Positions 1 to 10,904 of a stretch of 64,000 nucleotides of DNA are shown here, in pieces. Origin of the DNA: an uncultured Verrucomicrobiae bacterium. GTDB taxonomy: Bacteria; Verrucomicrobiota; Verrucomicrobiia; Limisphaerales; AAA164-E04. The DNA lies in assembly GCA_951813855.1 (NCBI GenBank), contig OX638380.1:2050876-2114875 (forward strand). Direction: 5' to 3'. Within the stretch, counting starts at the first letter, position 1; every line of letters begins with the position of its first letter. Position numbers and translations under genes: made by a program. The notes under the pieces are model-generated. The model did not search any database, was not told the DNA's origin, and saw only the letters and a program-made list of their open reading frames with translations.

Positions 1-2
1 TC

Positions 3-1040
3 TGGCATGCAGCTGATGTCGAGAGTTTTTTGATCAATGGCGGAGATCCCGATACCGTGGAGAATCAACGCTGGACGTTATTGCACTGGTCAATCTGGGA
101 AGAGGAAACGGAAATCGTGCGTTTACTGTTAGCGTCCGGTGCCAACCCCGATGCAAGAGACGACGGCAGCTGGACTCCCCTGCATTGGGCGGTTTGGAGC
201 GATCAAGCGGAAATTGTTAGGATGTTGTTAACGGCGGGTGCCGACCCCGACGCTAGTTACTCGGATCAATACAATTCCCTCAACGTGATTATTTCCCGAT
301 ATGCCAGAAATCAAAATGACGGAACAAAGAAAATGATGAGATTATTGATAGAAGCCGGAGCCGACCCCAACACAACGCATGCTGAATATGGTTCCCTTCT
401 CTATCAGGCAGTTGCACGAAACGATAAGGAATCTTTGGTTTATTTACTGGAAAAAAACGCTTCTCCGAACAGTGATTTATTCCCGCCCTTGGCGGTCGTC
501 GACGATCTTGATACCGCAAGCTTTTTGCTGGAAGCGGGAGCCGACCCCACGAGTGGACTAATCCCGGCAATCAAAAAAAGGAAGGTATCCTTGGCACATC
601 TACTGATGGATTCTGGAATTAATCCTAATGTAACAGACTCAGGTGGCCAGACTCCACTTCATGCCATCGTTCAATCTGAATGGCCTACCGGAGAAGCCAG
701 CGAACTTATCCAAAGACTGTCGAGACTCGGTGCCGATTTTAACAGCCGAGATCATTGGGGACGCACTCCCCTGTATTTAGTGTCAAGACGTAATTCGGAT
801 TCCAGAATCGTTTCCCTTCTCCTGGATCACGGAGCGTTAGAAGCCGCTCCCCTGATAACTATTTCATTGAACAATCAAAATAACGTTGTAATCGAATATC
901 ACGGTATTCTTCATTCCAGCGACAGTCTCACCGGCCCTTACGAACGAGTCGATAAAGCCGAATCTCCCTATACCTATGCCCCCGGCGGAAATACCATCAA
1001 ATTTTTTGCGGTGTTTTTCGATACGAGGGGGACTGAGTAA
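3..1040 (+). CDS. Ankyrin repeat protein (5' partial) with a C-terminal non-ankyrin domain
   Basis: Multiple ANK motifs (WTLLHW, GADPDA, GQTPLHA, GRTPLY). The frame is open back to position 3, so the start lies outside the window. The last ~55 aa match the C-terminus of 16085..17566. Confidence 0.9.
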   Translation, partial: WHAADVESFLINGGDPDTVENQRWTLLHWSIWEEETEIVRLLLASGANPDARDDGSWTPLHWAVWSDQAEIVRMLLTAGADPDASYSDQYNSLNVIISRYARNQNDGTKKMMRLLIEAGADPNTTHAEYGSLLYQAVARNDKESLVYLLEKNASPNSDLFPPLAVVDDLDTASFLLEAGADPTSGLIPAIKKRKVSLAHLLMDSGINPNVTDSGGQTPLHAIVQSEWPTGEASELIQRLSRLGADFNSRDHWGRTPLYLVSRRNSDSRIVSLLLDHGALEAAPLITISLNNQNNVVIEYHGILHSSDSLTGPYERVDKAESPYTYAPGGNTIKFFAVFFDTRGTE

Positions 1041-1077
1041 GACAAAATCCCAATTGCCTCCCCATGAAACCGTAATA

Positions 1078-1210
1078 TCAATCTTTGCAAAAGTATTATC
1101 ATAACTAAACAGTAATAAATATGTGGAAATTGTTGAAAATAATATCATCTTATTTGCAATTTTTTTTTGCACTAGAGGTGTCTATAATGACGTGATAGGC
1201 CAATCAACTA
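1078..1210 (+). mobile_element. IS630-family left-end remnant
   Basis: TA-TCAATCTTTGCAAAAGTATTATCATAA matches the left TIR of the intact IS630 at 54292. Downstream TGTCTATAATGACGTG matches TGTCTATAAAGACGTG before the IS630 start codon. Confidence 0.7.
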
Positions 1211-1262
1211 CCCCCCCCCCTGTACCATTTTGGGGCTTGAGAGGAGTAGACCTACCGCCCAG

Positions 1263-1298
1263 TTCCTCCCCGACCCCCCGCGGGGGGTCGGGGAGGAA
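1263..1298. repeat. Perfect 36-bp palindrome in the IS110 left end
   Basis: TTCCTCCCCGACCCCCCG followed directly by its exact reverse complement CGGGGGGTCGGGGAGGAA. Confidence 0.9.
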
Positions 1299-1530
1299 AA
1301 TCTGTCGAATCCAATTGATTCGTGATACTCATGACTTTTCGTTCGAAACGAACGGAATCGGGCCGCAAATCGAGAGTTACCTTACGCCCCCTGTGCCTTG
1401 GAGCACCTGGGGGGACTTGTGCCTCGATTTGTTGGCCACGATCAATGCCCAGTAGAAAGTTTGCGTCTTGGAACGCCAGTACAGGGATTGGCAATCGTCG
1501 TGGCGGCTCGGCACTGACAGCAACCAAATT

Positions 1531-2839
1531 ATGGATCACTATCACTACACCGTAGGAATCGATTGGGGATCGACGAACCATCAGATTTCCCTCATCGATG
1601 CTCAAGGCAAATTATGCGGCGAACGATCCTTCCCGCATGGCGGCCAGGGCCTGCGTGATTCAACCCAATGGATCAAAACTGCCACGAACGCCGCACCGCA
1701 TCAGATCGGGATCGCCATCGAGGTGCCTCACGGCCCGGTCGTGGAAACCATGATGGAATCCGAATTCAAGGTCCACGCCATCAACCCCAAGCAACTGGAT
1801 CGCTTCCGGGATCGGTTTTCTCCCGCCGGTGCCAAGGACGACCGTCGGGACGCTCGAGTGCTCGGAGACGCCCTCAGGACGGACCCGCAGGCTTTGCATC
1901 AACTCAATCCCACCAGCCCTCATATCGTCGTGCTCCGTGATTTATCGCGAACGGCCGAAGATCTCACCGCCTCGAAAACGCAGTTCACCAATAAGATCAA
2001 ACAGCATCTCTGGCGCTATTTCCCCCAGTTTCTGGAATTGGAGCCGGATTTGTCCAAGTCTTGGATCCGCGAACTCTGGGAACGCATTTCCACTCCCGAA
2101 AAAGCCCAACGAATCCGCGTCGGCACCGTAGCCAAACTGCTCGCCCGGCATAAAGTCAGGAAAATCTCCGCCGAGCAAATCCTCAAGATACTGCGGCAAC
2201 CGGCGGCAACCGGCGGTGACCGTCGCCGAGGGTACCGTCGAGGGAGCCATGGGGGCGATCAAAACCGCCTTCAAACAACTGGCCGTGACCATGGAAGAAC
2301 TCAATGCCACGCTGCTGCAGATGGACGAGACGACCGAGAAACTGGCGGTTTCCCTGCAAGCCAACGATCAAGCCAGTTCCCTCGAGGAGGGATCGCCGAC
2401 AACGGACCAGACTCCGGCTCTCAATCAGGATATCGCCATTCTCAGATCAATTCCAGGGGTAGGTCGAATCGTGCTTGGCATCCTGTTGGCCGAAGCTTTT
2501 CATCTGTTCGAAAAACGTGATCGAGCGGCCCTGCGCTGCCTCACCGGAATCGCTCCCGTGACCCGACGCTCCGGTAAACAACATTTCGTGGTTCGACGAA
2601 TGGCGGCTCACCCCCGGCTGCGGGATGCCATGTATCACTGGGCCAGGGTGGCCGTCCAAAGAGACCCGATCAGCAAACGCAAATATGCCGCGCTTCGCCA
2701 ACGGGGACATAAACATGCTCGAGCCTTAAGAAGCGTCGCTGATCGGCTCATCTCCGTCGCTTGTGCCATGCTGCAAAACGGTTCCCTCTACGATCCTTCG
2801 CTGGAACAGGCAACCGCCTCTAACCGATCGAATGACTGA
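1531..2839 (+). pseudogene. IS110 transposase, frameshifted
   Basis: DEDD RuvC-like N-terminus (GIDWG, IAIE, KDDRRDA) and C-terminal Transposase_20-like region (IPGVG, GIAPVTRRSGK) lie in different frames. A 10-bp duplication GCGGCAACCG x2 (2193-2212) explains the shift. Confidence 0.9.
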
Positions 2840-3243
2840 TGCCAACCGATTCCGGATCATCATCCCATCAATCTCGGCTCACCATGGGCCTCGGCAATAA
2901 CCCAAGCCAACGGCATTCGATGAAACGGACTGCCGGCACCTGCAGCATACCAGCCAATCCGCGATAGCAATCGCCTGATGTTAGCTCTATCCGAAAATCT
3001 GAAAATCGGGCTGAAAAACCCCTTGAAAATGGTAGAAAGTCCCCCCTCAATCCGCTCGCCTCGTCAGAATATCTGGTTTGCCGCAATATGAATTAATCGA
3101 ACGTTTGAAACGAGTAACCTAAATCCAAATCTGGCCTCCAACTGAATCGGCCACCGAATGAAATTCAGGAAGGTTTCTGGGTGCTCCGGTGCACCCGACT
3201 GATCGCGATTCGATTTCGACGGACGACCGATGAACCGGCAGGT

Positions 3244-5988
3244 TCAGTCCGGTGACAAAGGAGTGATGCGCACCGGGCAAACCTTGAGTTCCGCCGTTTC
3301 GGTAATCGGATCGTAACCGGAACCGGTAAGCACATTAATGGGAACGTCGTTGAAGCTAAAACTCGCGAACACCGTGCCCCGGGGAGAGCGATCGGTAAGG
3401 TTGACCTGAATTTTGATGCTGCCCCTGGCACTGCTCAATTCGCACCAATCGCCTTCACCCAGACTCCAATCGCGAGCGTCCTCAGGATGAACCTCGAGCG
3501 CTTCCTGAGCCAAGAGATAACTGATGCCTTGGGCTCGACCGGTCTGGGTGCGCGTATGGTAAGCCTGAAGGCGGCGGCCGGTAGTCAACCACACTGGAAA
3601 CTCCTTGGAAATCGTTTCCGCCGGATCACGGTAACTGATGATGCGGAAGAGCCCGCGACCGTTCTTGAATTTTCCTTCATGCAGCACTGGAGTTCCCGGG
3701 TGACTCTTGTCCGGAACCGGCCAATGATATTCGCCCTGATCGATCCGTTCCCAGTCCAGCCCGGCATAAATCGGCGAGACGCTGCATAACTCGTTGAATA
3801 CCTCTTTAGCCGATTCGAACTCGAACCCGGGAACGCCCAGTCGTTGCGCGATGCGACTGATTATCCACCAATCGGGACGAGCCTGGCCAACCGGAGGAAC
3901 GGCGGCCCTAAGTCGTTGAACTCTTCTTTCGGTATTGGTGCAAACGCCGTCGGTTTCGCCCCAAGCCGTCGCCGGCAACACCACGTCGGCTAGTTCGGAA
4001 GTTTCGGTCGGAAAAATATCGATAACGACCAGATGGTCCAACGAACGAAGCGCCCGTTCGCAATGCGCCCGGTCTGGGTCGGAAACCAAAGTGTTCTCGC
4101 CGTCGATCAACATGGCCCGGATAGATTCGCCGCACCGATTAAGCGCCGTCACTTTGGTGATTCCTTTGGCCGGATCGATTTCCCGACCGTAAAGCTTGCG
4201 GAACTTTTCCTGAAACACCGGATCGGTCACGGGCTGAAATCCGGGATAATTGGACGGCACGGCTCCTGAGTCTCCGGCGCCCTGAATGTTGTTCTGTCCG
4301 CGCATCGGATTGATCCCGGTACCTTCCCGGCCGACGTGGCCAGTCATCAACGCCAAATTGCAAAGACTCTGCACGTTGTCCACGCCGCAGATATGTTCGG
4401 TAATGCCCAAGGTGTAGTAGATGGCCGCCCGCTCGGCTTTTCCGTACCAGATGGCCGCCCGCTCGATATCCGCCGCCGGCACTTCGGTAATTTCCTCGGC
4501 CCACTCCGGCGTGAATTCTCGGATATGCTCCAAAAACTCTTCTCCTCCCGCCGTGCGATCGGCGATGAATTCAGGATCGATCAGATTTTCCCGGGCGATG
4601 ACCTGACTCATGGCCAACAACAGAGCGACGTCCGAGCCGACCCGAATCGGTAAATAGAGATCGGCCATCTCCGCCAACGGGATTCTTCGAGGGTCGGCGA
4701 CGATCATCCGGGAGCCCCGGCGAAGCGCCTTCTTCACTCGGGTAGCGGCCACCGGATGGCACTCGGTCATGTTGGTGCCGATGCAAAAAAACACGTCGGG
4801 CTTTTCCATATCCGCCAGAGGATTGGACATAGCTCCCCTGCCGATCGTGGCTGCCAGACCGGCAACCGTAGGCGCGTGTCAAGCACGGCTGCAATTGTCG
4901 ATCTGGTTGGTGCCGAAGCCGGCGCGAACGAATTTCTGCATCAGGTAATCGGCTTCGGAAGGCGTTCGCCCCGAAGCGATTCCATACACGGCACGTTCGC
5001 CGTAGCGGTCGACGACCCGGCGAAAACCTCCAGCCGCGAGATCCAAAGCTTCTTCCCAATCGGTTTCGTGAAGACGACCGTCGGCCCGACGTACCAGCGG
5101 CATCGACAATCGCTCCTTATGCTGGACGAAATCGAAGGCGAATTGCCCCTTGATGCAGAGCGCTCCTTGATTGGCCGGACCGTCCATCGCCGGTTGAACG
5201 CCCACCAAACGATCGCCCTTGGTTAACGCGTCTACCGAACACCCCACCCCGCAATAAGGACAAATCGTACGGGTTTTCTCGATCGCTCCGGGTAACGATT
5301 CGGCACGCATCGCCTTCCGGTCGCCCAACGCTCCGGTCGGACAGGTCTGAACGCATTGACCGCAAAAGGTGCAGGCCGATTCCTTCAGATTTCCGGCAAA
5401 CTCGGTGATAATCTGAGTGCTGAATCCTCGTCCGGCGATATTGATGGCGTGATCGCCTTCTTGTTCGGCGCAGACACGCACGCAACGATAACAAGAGATG
5501 CAACGATCGTAATCGCGCAGGATAAACGGATTGTCGTCCTCGAACCGCGACCGCCCCGATTGCCGTCCCCGAAACCGTCCTTTGGTCACTCCGTAACGGT
5601 CAGCCAAATCGGAAAACTCCCGGGAAGCGTAACCGCGCAAGGGATCGACCGCTTCGTCCGGGTTCTCCGAAGCGACCATTTCGAGCAAGATCTTCCGATA
5701 ATCCTCCAGTTCCTCGGTATCGGTCCGCACCGCCATGCCCGGGGTAGCCTTGACCGTGCAGGAAGCTACCGGATGGCGCGCTCCTTCGACTCGAACCAGA
5801 CAAAGACGACAACCGCCGAAAGGCTCCAAGCGCGGGTCGTAACAAAGCGTAGGAATCGACTTGCCGCAACGACTGGCGACTTCGTAAACGGTCTCCCCCG
5901 GATCAAAGGCAACCTGCTCCCCATCCAAAGTCATCCGATGGGTCCGACCGGCAGTAGATCGATTCGTCTCGGAAATGACGGAGACCAT
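3244..5988 (-). CDS. fdhF: Selenocysteine-containing formate dehydrogenase alpha subunit (Mo/W-bisPGD) with N-terminal Fe-S domains
   Basis: ORFs 4879..5988 and 3244..4830 are in one frame, joined by a TGA at 4879-4881 in NCSRA-U-HAPTVAGL, the FdhF active-site position. Also CPYCGVGC cluster motif, LCIKG and RGQNNIQG. Confidence 0.93.
4849..4867 (-). promoter_or_regulatory. Bacterial SECIS element
   Basis: GGUUGCC-GGUCU-GGCAGCC stem-loop starting 11 nt after the UGA, closely resembling the E. coli fdhF SECIS. Confidence 0.85.
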
Positions 5989-6006
5989 GGCTGTTACCCT
6001 ACCTTT

Positions 6007-7680
6007 TCAGCTATCCCGCTGCACGTGTTTTCTGACTTGCCGGGGAAAGTGCTTGATCAGACTTCGGGTGATGTTCGGCGCCGCCATTCCCAGACCGCAA
6101 GCGCTGGCTGCCATCATGACCGATTCCAGATCGGCCACCTCCTTGTTCCACGATTCCCAATCGTCCGGACCACCTCCGTTATCCAACCGTTCAGTCAGCC
6201 GCTCGGTTCCGATGCGGCAAGGAAAGCACTTGCCGCAAGATTCTTCCGCGAAAAAAGCCATGGCGTCGTGAGCGGCGGACACCATGTCGCGCGTCTCGTC
6301 GTAAACGATAATCCCGCCCGCTCCCAGAAATGAACCCTTGCTGCGAATCGAAGGTTCATCCAGCGTGACCTCCAGATCGTCTCCCGCCAAATAACCGCCG
6401 GAAAGTCCCGCCATGGTCACCGCTTGAACGGCCCGACCGGCCGGCACGCCTCCCGCCCAGTCGTAGAGCAACGTTTTCAACGGCAACCCGAAGGGCACTT
6501 CGTAATTGCCCGGCCGGCAAATGTCTCCGGAAAGACTGATAAGCTTGGTGCCCGCGAATTCCCCTAGTCCCAAACCCCGGTACCAATCGGCTCCGCGCCG
6601 AAGGATCGGTGCCACGGCGGCTAGCGTCTCCACGTTATTGACCACGGTTGGGAGATTGTCGTAACCATGAGTCACCGGAAAAGGTGGGCGGTTACGCGGA
6701 AACGGATGTTTGCCCTCCAGGGAATTTAACAACGATCCTTCTTCTCCGCAAATATAAGCTCCAGCGCCGCGACGCAGCCAGAGTCGAAAACTGAAATCCC
6801 GGCCGCCGATTCCATCGCCGAGCCAACCGGCGTTCTCGGCTTCTTCGATAGCCCGTTGCAACCGATCGAAAATCTGCGGATATTCGTAACGCAAATAGAT
6901 GAAGCCCCGAACCGCGCCCGTAGCGTAAGCCGCGATCAACATTCCCTCGATCACGGCATGCGGATCGTAATCCAGAACAGCTCGGTCCTTGAAACATCCG
7001 GGCTCGCCTTCGTCGGCGTTGCAAACGATCGTTTTGGGTTCGCCCGGAGCGTCCGCGACCGCCTTCCATTTATTTCCGGTCGGAAATCCCGCTCCGCCCC
7101 GTCCCGCTAGTCGACTGGCGACGATCAGTTCGTTCACTTCGCCTGGGGTTAGAGAGGTCAACGCCTTTTCGATCGCTTGATAGCCGCCTCCCCGGCAATA
7201 ACCTGCCAAGGTGTTTCGTCCGGGTTCTCGGATGGCGGCGAACACACACTCTTCCTGATTGCCGGGATTAGGATCCGGGAGCGGTGTCGGCCGATTTTCG
7301 AGCGAGCCGTCGGACCGTCCAACCAACGCCCGCTTCCCCTGCAATACCGGGATCGGATCGTCGCATCGGCCGGCACAAGCCATGGCGCTCCCGCCCTCGA
7401 GCGAACGGACCAATCGGTCACCGCCCCGCAAACGGCAAACAGCCCCCGTGCAAATCCGCGGCGCGGTTTGACCGGGCGGAGCCAACAAAAAATGATGATA
7501 GAACGTGACCGTGCCGTACAGCTCGGCCAACGGAATCTTCAGCGCCGCCGAAACGTCGCGAATGACCTCGGCGCTCAACCAGCCGTCACGATCGTGAAAA
7601 GCATGGAGAACCGGAAGCAACGGAGCAGGTTCCTCCCTCCACTGATCGATGATCGCCTGATTACCCGCCGCCGTATCCAC
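6007..7680 (-). CDS. NuoE-NuoF-like fused diaphorase subunit of an NAD-dependent formate dehydrogenase
   Basis: N-terminal 2Fe-2S Cys pairs (CTGAVC, CAGRC); LAGRGGAGFPTG, NADEGEPG, GAGAYICGEEGSLLNSLEG, ESCGKCFPCRIG motifs; directly upstream of the FDH alpha gene. Confidence 0.92.
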   Translation of the reverse strand: MDTAAGNQAIIDQWREEPAPLLPVLHAFHDRDGWLSAEVIRDVSAALKIPLAELYGTVTFYHHFLLAPPGQTAPRICTGAVCRLRGGDRLVRSLEGGSAMACAGRCDDPIPVLQGKRALVGRSDGSLENRPTPLPDPNPGNQEECVFAAIREPGRNTLAGYCRGGGYQAIEKALTSLTPGEVNELIVASRLAGRGGAGFPTGNKWKAVADAPGEPKTIVCNADEGEPGCFKDRAVLDYDPHAVIEGMLIAAYATGAVRGFIYLRYEYPQIFDRLQRAIEEAENAGWLGDGIGGRDFSFRLWLRRGAGAYICGEEGSLLNSLEGKHPFPRNRPPFPVTHGYDNLPTVVNNVETLAAVAPILRRGADWYRGLGLGEFAGTKLISLSGDICRPGNYEVPFGLPLKTLLYDWAGGVPAGRAVQAVTMAGLSGGYLAGDDLEVTLDEPSIRSKGSFLGAGGIIVYDETRDMVSAAHDAMAFFAEESCGKCFPCRIGTERLTERLDNGGGPDDWESWNKEVADLESVMMAASACGLGMAAPNITRSLIKHFPRQVRKHVQRDS

Positions 7681-7972
7681 CGGTTCAAAAAAGGTGAGGC
7701 CGCATCGTGACAGCCTGCCCGATCGATCGCAAGCCCATTCCGGGTTCGCCGCCTCGGATTACGGACCCATTTTGCCGCCAGTCTGAAATCGGGAATGCCC
7801 GACCGTTCCGACCGCTTGACTCGGCGGAAGATACTTTCGGTCCGCTGACAGTTCGAACACGATACCAAGCCGAGTTCGTACCGCCGCCGATCCAATGACA
7901 AAAACCAAGCTTGGCCCGGATCGAAAGTTCCAAGCCAAGCTCGCGTAATTTGCCTGCCCAGCAACCCGCCGA

Positions 7973-10096
7973 TCAACGTTCGGAGCGATTCTTGACCGCC
8001 GCGGCTTTAGCGGAAGGATTCTTGATCAACAGCTTGATCACGTCCATTTCCTGTTCGAGGTCCCGATCGCCTAGGGCAGTCATTTCCGCATTGAAGTGCT
8101 TGCGAAACTTTTTGAATTCCTTGCGGAAAGGTTGAGACACGTACAAGGGGATCGAACGCCGTTCCCACTGCCCCAACGAGGGCCGAGGACCGTGTCCCGG
8201 CCAAATGGCGATTCTGCCCTCTTTCGGTTCGGGTTCGGGTCTCGGCCGCCAAAGAATGGGACGCACCACCGGCCGTTCGTTTTCATAACTATACCGTTCC
8301 TCCTGAATCCAACTTCTCAAGAGATTAGCGTATTGAACCAACAGCACTCCTTTACGGATCCCGGAATGATCGAAATGCGTCTCGGTTTCCCGGCGCATTT
8401 TCACTTCCGATCGATTGTCGAATTTCTTCCCCTTCCGATTTTCATAACCGACCGCCAGCTTTAGAGTCTGATTCTTTACGGCCTCGTTGCGCGACAGTTT
8501 CAACAGGATCAAGCCCCCGCGAGTCTTCCCCTCCTCCGTAGGCGAAGGAAAGAGGGTGTTGACCCGGAACACTTCCCCGGTAGCCGTATCGGCTTCGGGA
8601 GAACCGTACACCTTTTCGATGCTCCAGCCCTTGCCCGCAAGTTTTAGCCGAAGATCGAACACCAGCGGCGTCACCATGTAGTCGAAATACTCGTCCAAGC
8701 GTTTGACGAACTCCTTGGGCGAGTGAACCGAATAGTAATTGGCGCCGCGATTCTTGGTGATGCTCTGAATCAAATCGGAATTAAAATCGACGCCCACGCC
8801 GATTACCGTCGAATAAATGCCCCGAGCGGCGTTGTCTTCGATCATGCCGAACAGTCCTTCCCGGCGGGTTTCCCCTTGGTTGGGCATGGCATCGGTGACG
8901 AAGATAATCCGATTCTCGCTGACTTGCGGATCGATCTTTCCCAGTTCGGAAAATTGCCGGGTCGCCAGCTTCATTCCGGCCGACATTTGCGTACCGGAAG
9001 AGGCTCGGAGGGCCTTGATTCGTTTCCGCAGCGCCTTCATATCGAGACTGTCGACTTTGGCCAGGGGCTGGATCGTCCGAGCCTCGTTGTTGAACGTGAC
9101 GATCGCGACGCGATCGTCCGGTTGCAGATGCTTCGTCAAGGCGGTCGCCGCCCGGATCGCCACCTGGATTTTCGCCGTTTCCGCTTCTTCCTCGCTCAGT
9201 TCGCGGCGCATCCGGCCGTCGTAATGGTACCGGTTGAAGGCGCTTTTCATGGAACCGGAAACGTCCATCACCAAGACGAGATTCAATTGCTTTCGCTCGA
9301 ACTCGTCCTCCTGAACTCCCGAATTAAGTCCCACCGAAAGGTAACGCTCGATTTCCCCGGAAAGCGGGTTTTTGACGACGGCTTCGGAGTATGAAGCGCA
9401 AAACAACTGATCACAGGGCTCTTCCTCGCCGGTTTCGAAAAAATAGTCATAGAACAGGCCTTCGAAGGTCACGTCGTCGGTCATCGGCAAATAGTCGTTC
9501 TCGATATTCTGGCGAAAATTGCCGACATCCTTCGCGCCGCCTACCGCAAACCCCAGCGACGCGGACTTGGCGCTAGGCGCCGCCGCCGCATCGAGGGAAA
9601 AAGACCTGCGCTGCAACTGCAAACTTTCCGCCTTGAACCGGGGCGCGGGCTGGCGTCCCAAGCGTTCGTTCAACGAAGCCCTTCCCCGCGCAGCGTCCGT
9701 TTCCGGGACCAACGGCTGCGCCAGCTGCAAGGCATCCGACACCTCGCCCGAGCGATCGGCGAAATCGGTCAAGTTCAAACCGACCAGATTCGCGCCGGTT
9801 AGTTTCGCGCCTTCCAGATTCGCACCCTCGAGGCGAGCCGCCCGTAAATCGGCACCTCTCAAATCGGCACCCCGGAGATTAGCTTGGCGCAGGTCGGCGC
9901 CCGATAAATCCGCGTCCCTCAAATCGGCGCCCGACAGATCCGCACCCACCAAGTTGGTCGAAGAAAGATCCCTTCCCGAGAAATCGACGCCCGACAAATC
10001 CTGGGCGGTGGTTCCGCTTAAGCACCACATGGCACAGCCGACCACCCACGTTCCCCAAACCCTCCGGTTCCAACCCAACCAATCAATCCCTTCCAT
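7973..10096 (-). CDS. Secreted pentapeptide-repeat plus von Willebrand factor A domain protein
   Basis: Signal-like N-terminus, ~15 A(D/N)Lxx pentapeptides and a MIDAS motif (MDVSGS...GT...FVTD). Start moved to the ATG at 10096 (purine-rich RBS) because the longer ORF overlaps iscU antisense. Confidence 0.82.
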   Translation of the reverse strand: MEGIDWLGWNRRVWGTWVVGCAMWCLSGTTAQDLSGVDFSGRDLSSTNLVGADLSGADLRDADLSGADLRQANLRGADLRGADLRAARLEGANLEGAKLTGANLVGLNLTDFADRSGEVSDALQLAQPLVPETDAARGRASLNERLGRQPAPRFKAESLQLQRRSFSLDAAAAPSAKSASLGFAVGGAKDVGNFRQNIENDYLPMTDDVTFEGLFYDYFFETGEEEPCDQLFCASYSEAVVKNPLSGEIERYLSVGLNSGVQEDEFERKQLNLVLVMDVSGSMKSAFNRYHYDGRMRRELSEEEAETAKIQVAIRAATALTKHLQPDDRVAIVTFNNEARTIQPLAKVDSLDMKALRKRIKALRASSGTQMSAGMKLATRQFSELGKIDPQVSENRIIFVTDAMPNQGETRREGLFGMIEDNAARGIYSTVIGVGVDFNSDLIQSITKNRGANYYSVHSPKEFVKRLDEYFDYMVTPLVFDLRLKLAGKGWSIEKVYGSPEADTATGEVFRVNTLFPSPTEEGKTRGGLILLKLSRNEAVKNQTLKLAVGYENRKGKKFDNRSEVKMRRETETHFDHSGIRKGVLLVQYANLLRSWIQEERYSYENERPVVRPILWRPRPEPEPKEGRIAIWPGHGPRPSLGQWERRSIPLYVSQPFRKEFKKFRKHFNAEMTALGDRDLEQEMDVIKLLIKNPSAKAAAVKNRSER

Positions 10097-10366
10097 TGTC
10101 GTTCCTTTCCTCACCAGATACTGACATTTGATCCGTCTTTCGATCCTAAGACAATCTCGTTTCCAATTACTTAGACGCATCAATCGGAAAAATGTTAGCC
10201 GATCGATTCCTTCGCCGGGCGGCCTCCTCCCTGGATCTCCTTCCGGGACCGGAGCGATTCCGGATCGGCGATCCCGGGCGCTGGCCATTTTTTCTCGCCC
10301 CGAAAGCGTCCGTACTCCACCATGACGAGAGACGGGAACGTCCGCAACCCTTCGGTGCCGACTGTC

Positions 10367-10861
10367 ATGAACGACGACTTTCAGAAACGCGTGGAGCAAT
10401 CCATCAAAAACCCCCAAAACATGGGGGAGATGGCCGACGCCGACGCCGTGGGGTCCAGCGGCAGCCCCGGGTGCGGCGACATGATCCGGCTTTGGCTCAA
10501 ATATCGAACCGACCAGGGAAAAAAAGTCATCGATCGAGCTACCTTTCAGTCTTTCGGTTGCGAAACGGCAATTGCCGCGGCCAGCCTGGCTACGGAGTTG
10601 ATCCGGGGGAAATCTCCGGAAGAAGCGGCTCGAATGCCCGGCACCGAACTCGCCGCCGAATTGGGTCCCCTCCCGCCCACCAAAATCCATTGCACTCAAC
10701 TAGTCGAGGACGCGCTGCGCGCCGCCTTGAAAGGACATTCCGAACCGACCGCCGAAACTCCCAAGGCCCAGCCCGCTAGTCTCTCGGATAGCCTCAACCC
10801 TCAATCCCTGCCGGAATCCGGACGCAAACTCGTCTTCCTGGATCAAGATCCGAAGCGATAG
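10367..10861 (+). CDS. IscU/NifU-N family Fe-S cluster scaffold protein
   Basis: [22 protein letters not shown] motifs. Confidence 0.88.
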   Translation: MNDDFQKRVEQSIKNPQNMGEMADADAVGSSGSPGCGDMIRLWLKYRTDQGKKVIDRATFQSFGCETAIAAASLATELIRGKSPEEAARMPGTELAAELGPLPPTKIHCTQLVEDALRAALKGHSEPTAETPKAQPASLSDSLNPQSLPESGRKLVFLDQDPKR

Positions 10862-10904
10862 CTTATTCTTGAATATCCGCCGGTTCGGGGACAATCTGCC
10901 GCTT

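Larger units (their letters stand above)
1211..3046 (+). mobile_element. IS110-family insertion sequence (ends approximate)
   Basis: Contains an IS110 transposase, bounded by poly-C tracts at 1211-1220 and 3041-3046. The right end CTTGAAAATGGTAGAAAGT-CCCCCC resembles IS110-type right ends. Confidence 0.7.

Noticed and set aside
4419-4468. 17-bp direct repeat AGATGGCCGCCCGCTCG inside the FDH gene
   Set aside because: Encodes ERAAI twice in frame without disrupting the protein; no evidence of function.
7681-7972. Moco/Wco riboswitch or small ORF upstream of the FDH operon
   Set aside because: Only a short 8-bp stem was found and no recognisable consensus; the ORFs lack motifs. An Rfam scan would be needed.
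10097-10699. 200-aa N-terminal extension of the vWA ORF (908 aa in the ORF track)
   Set aside because: It overlaps the iscU-like gene antisense, has no domain-like content, and a better RBS plus signal peptide starts at 10096.
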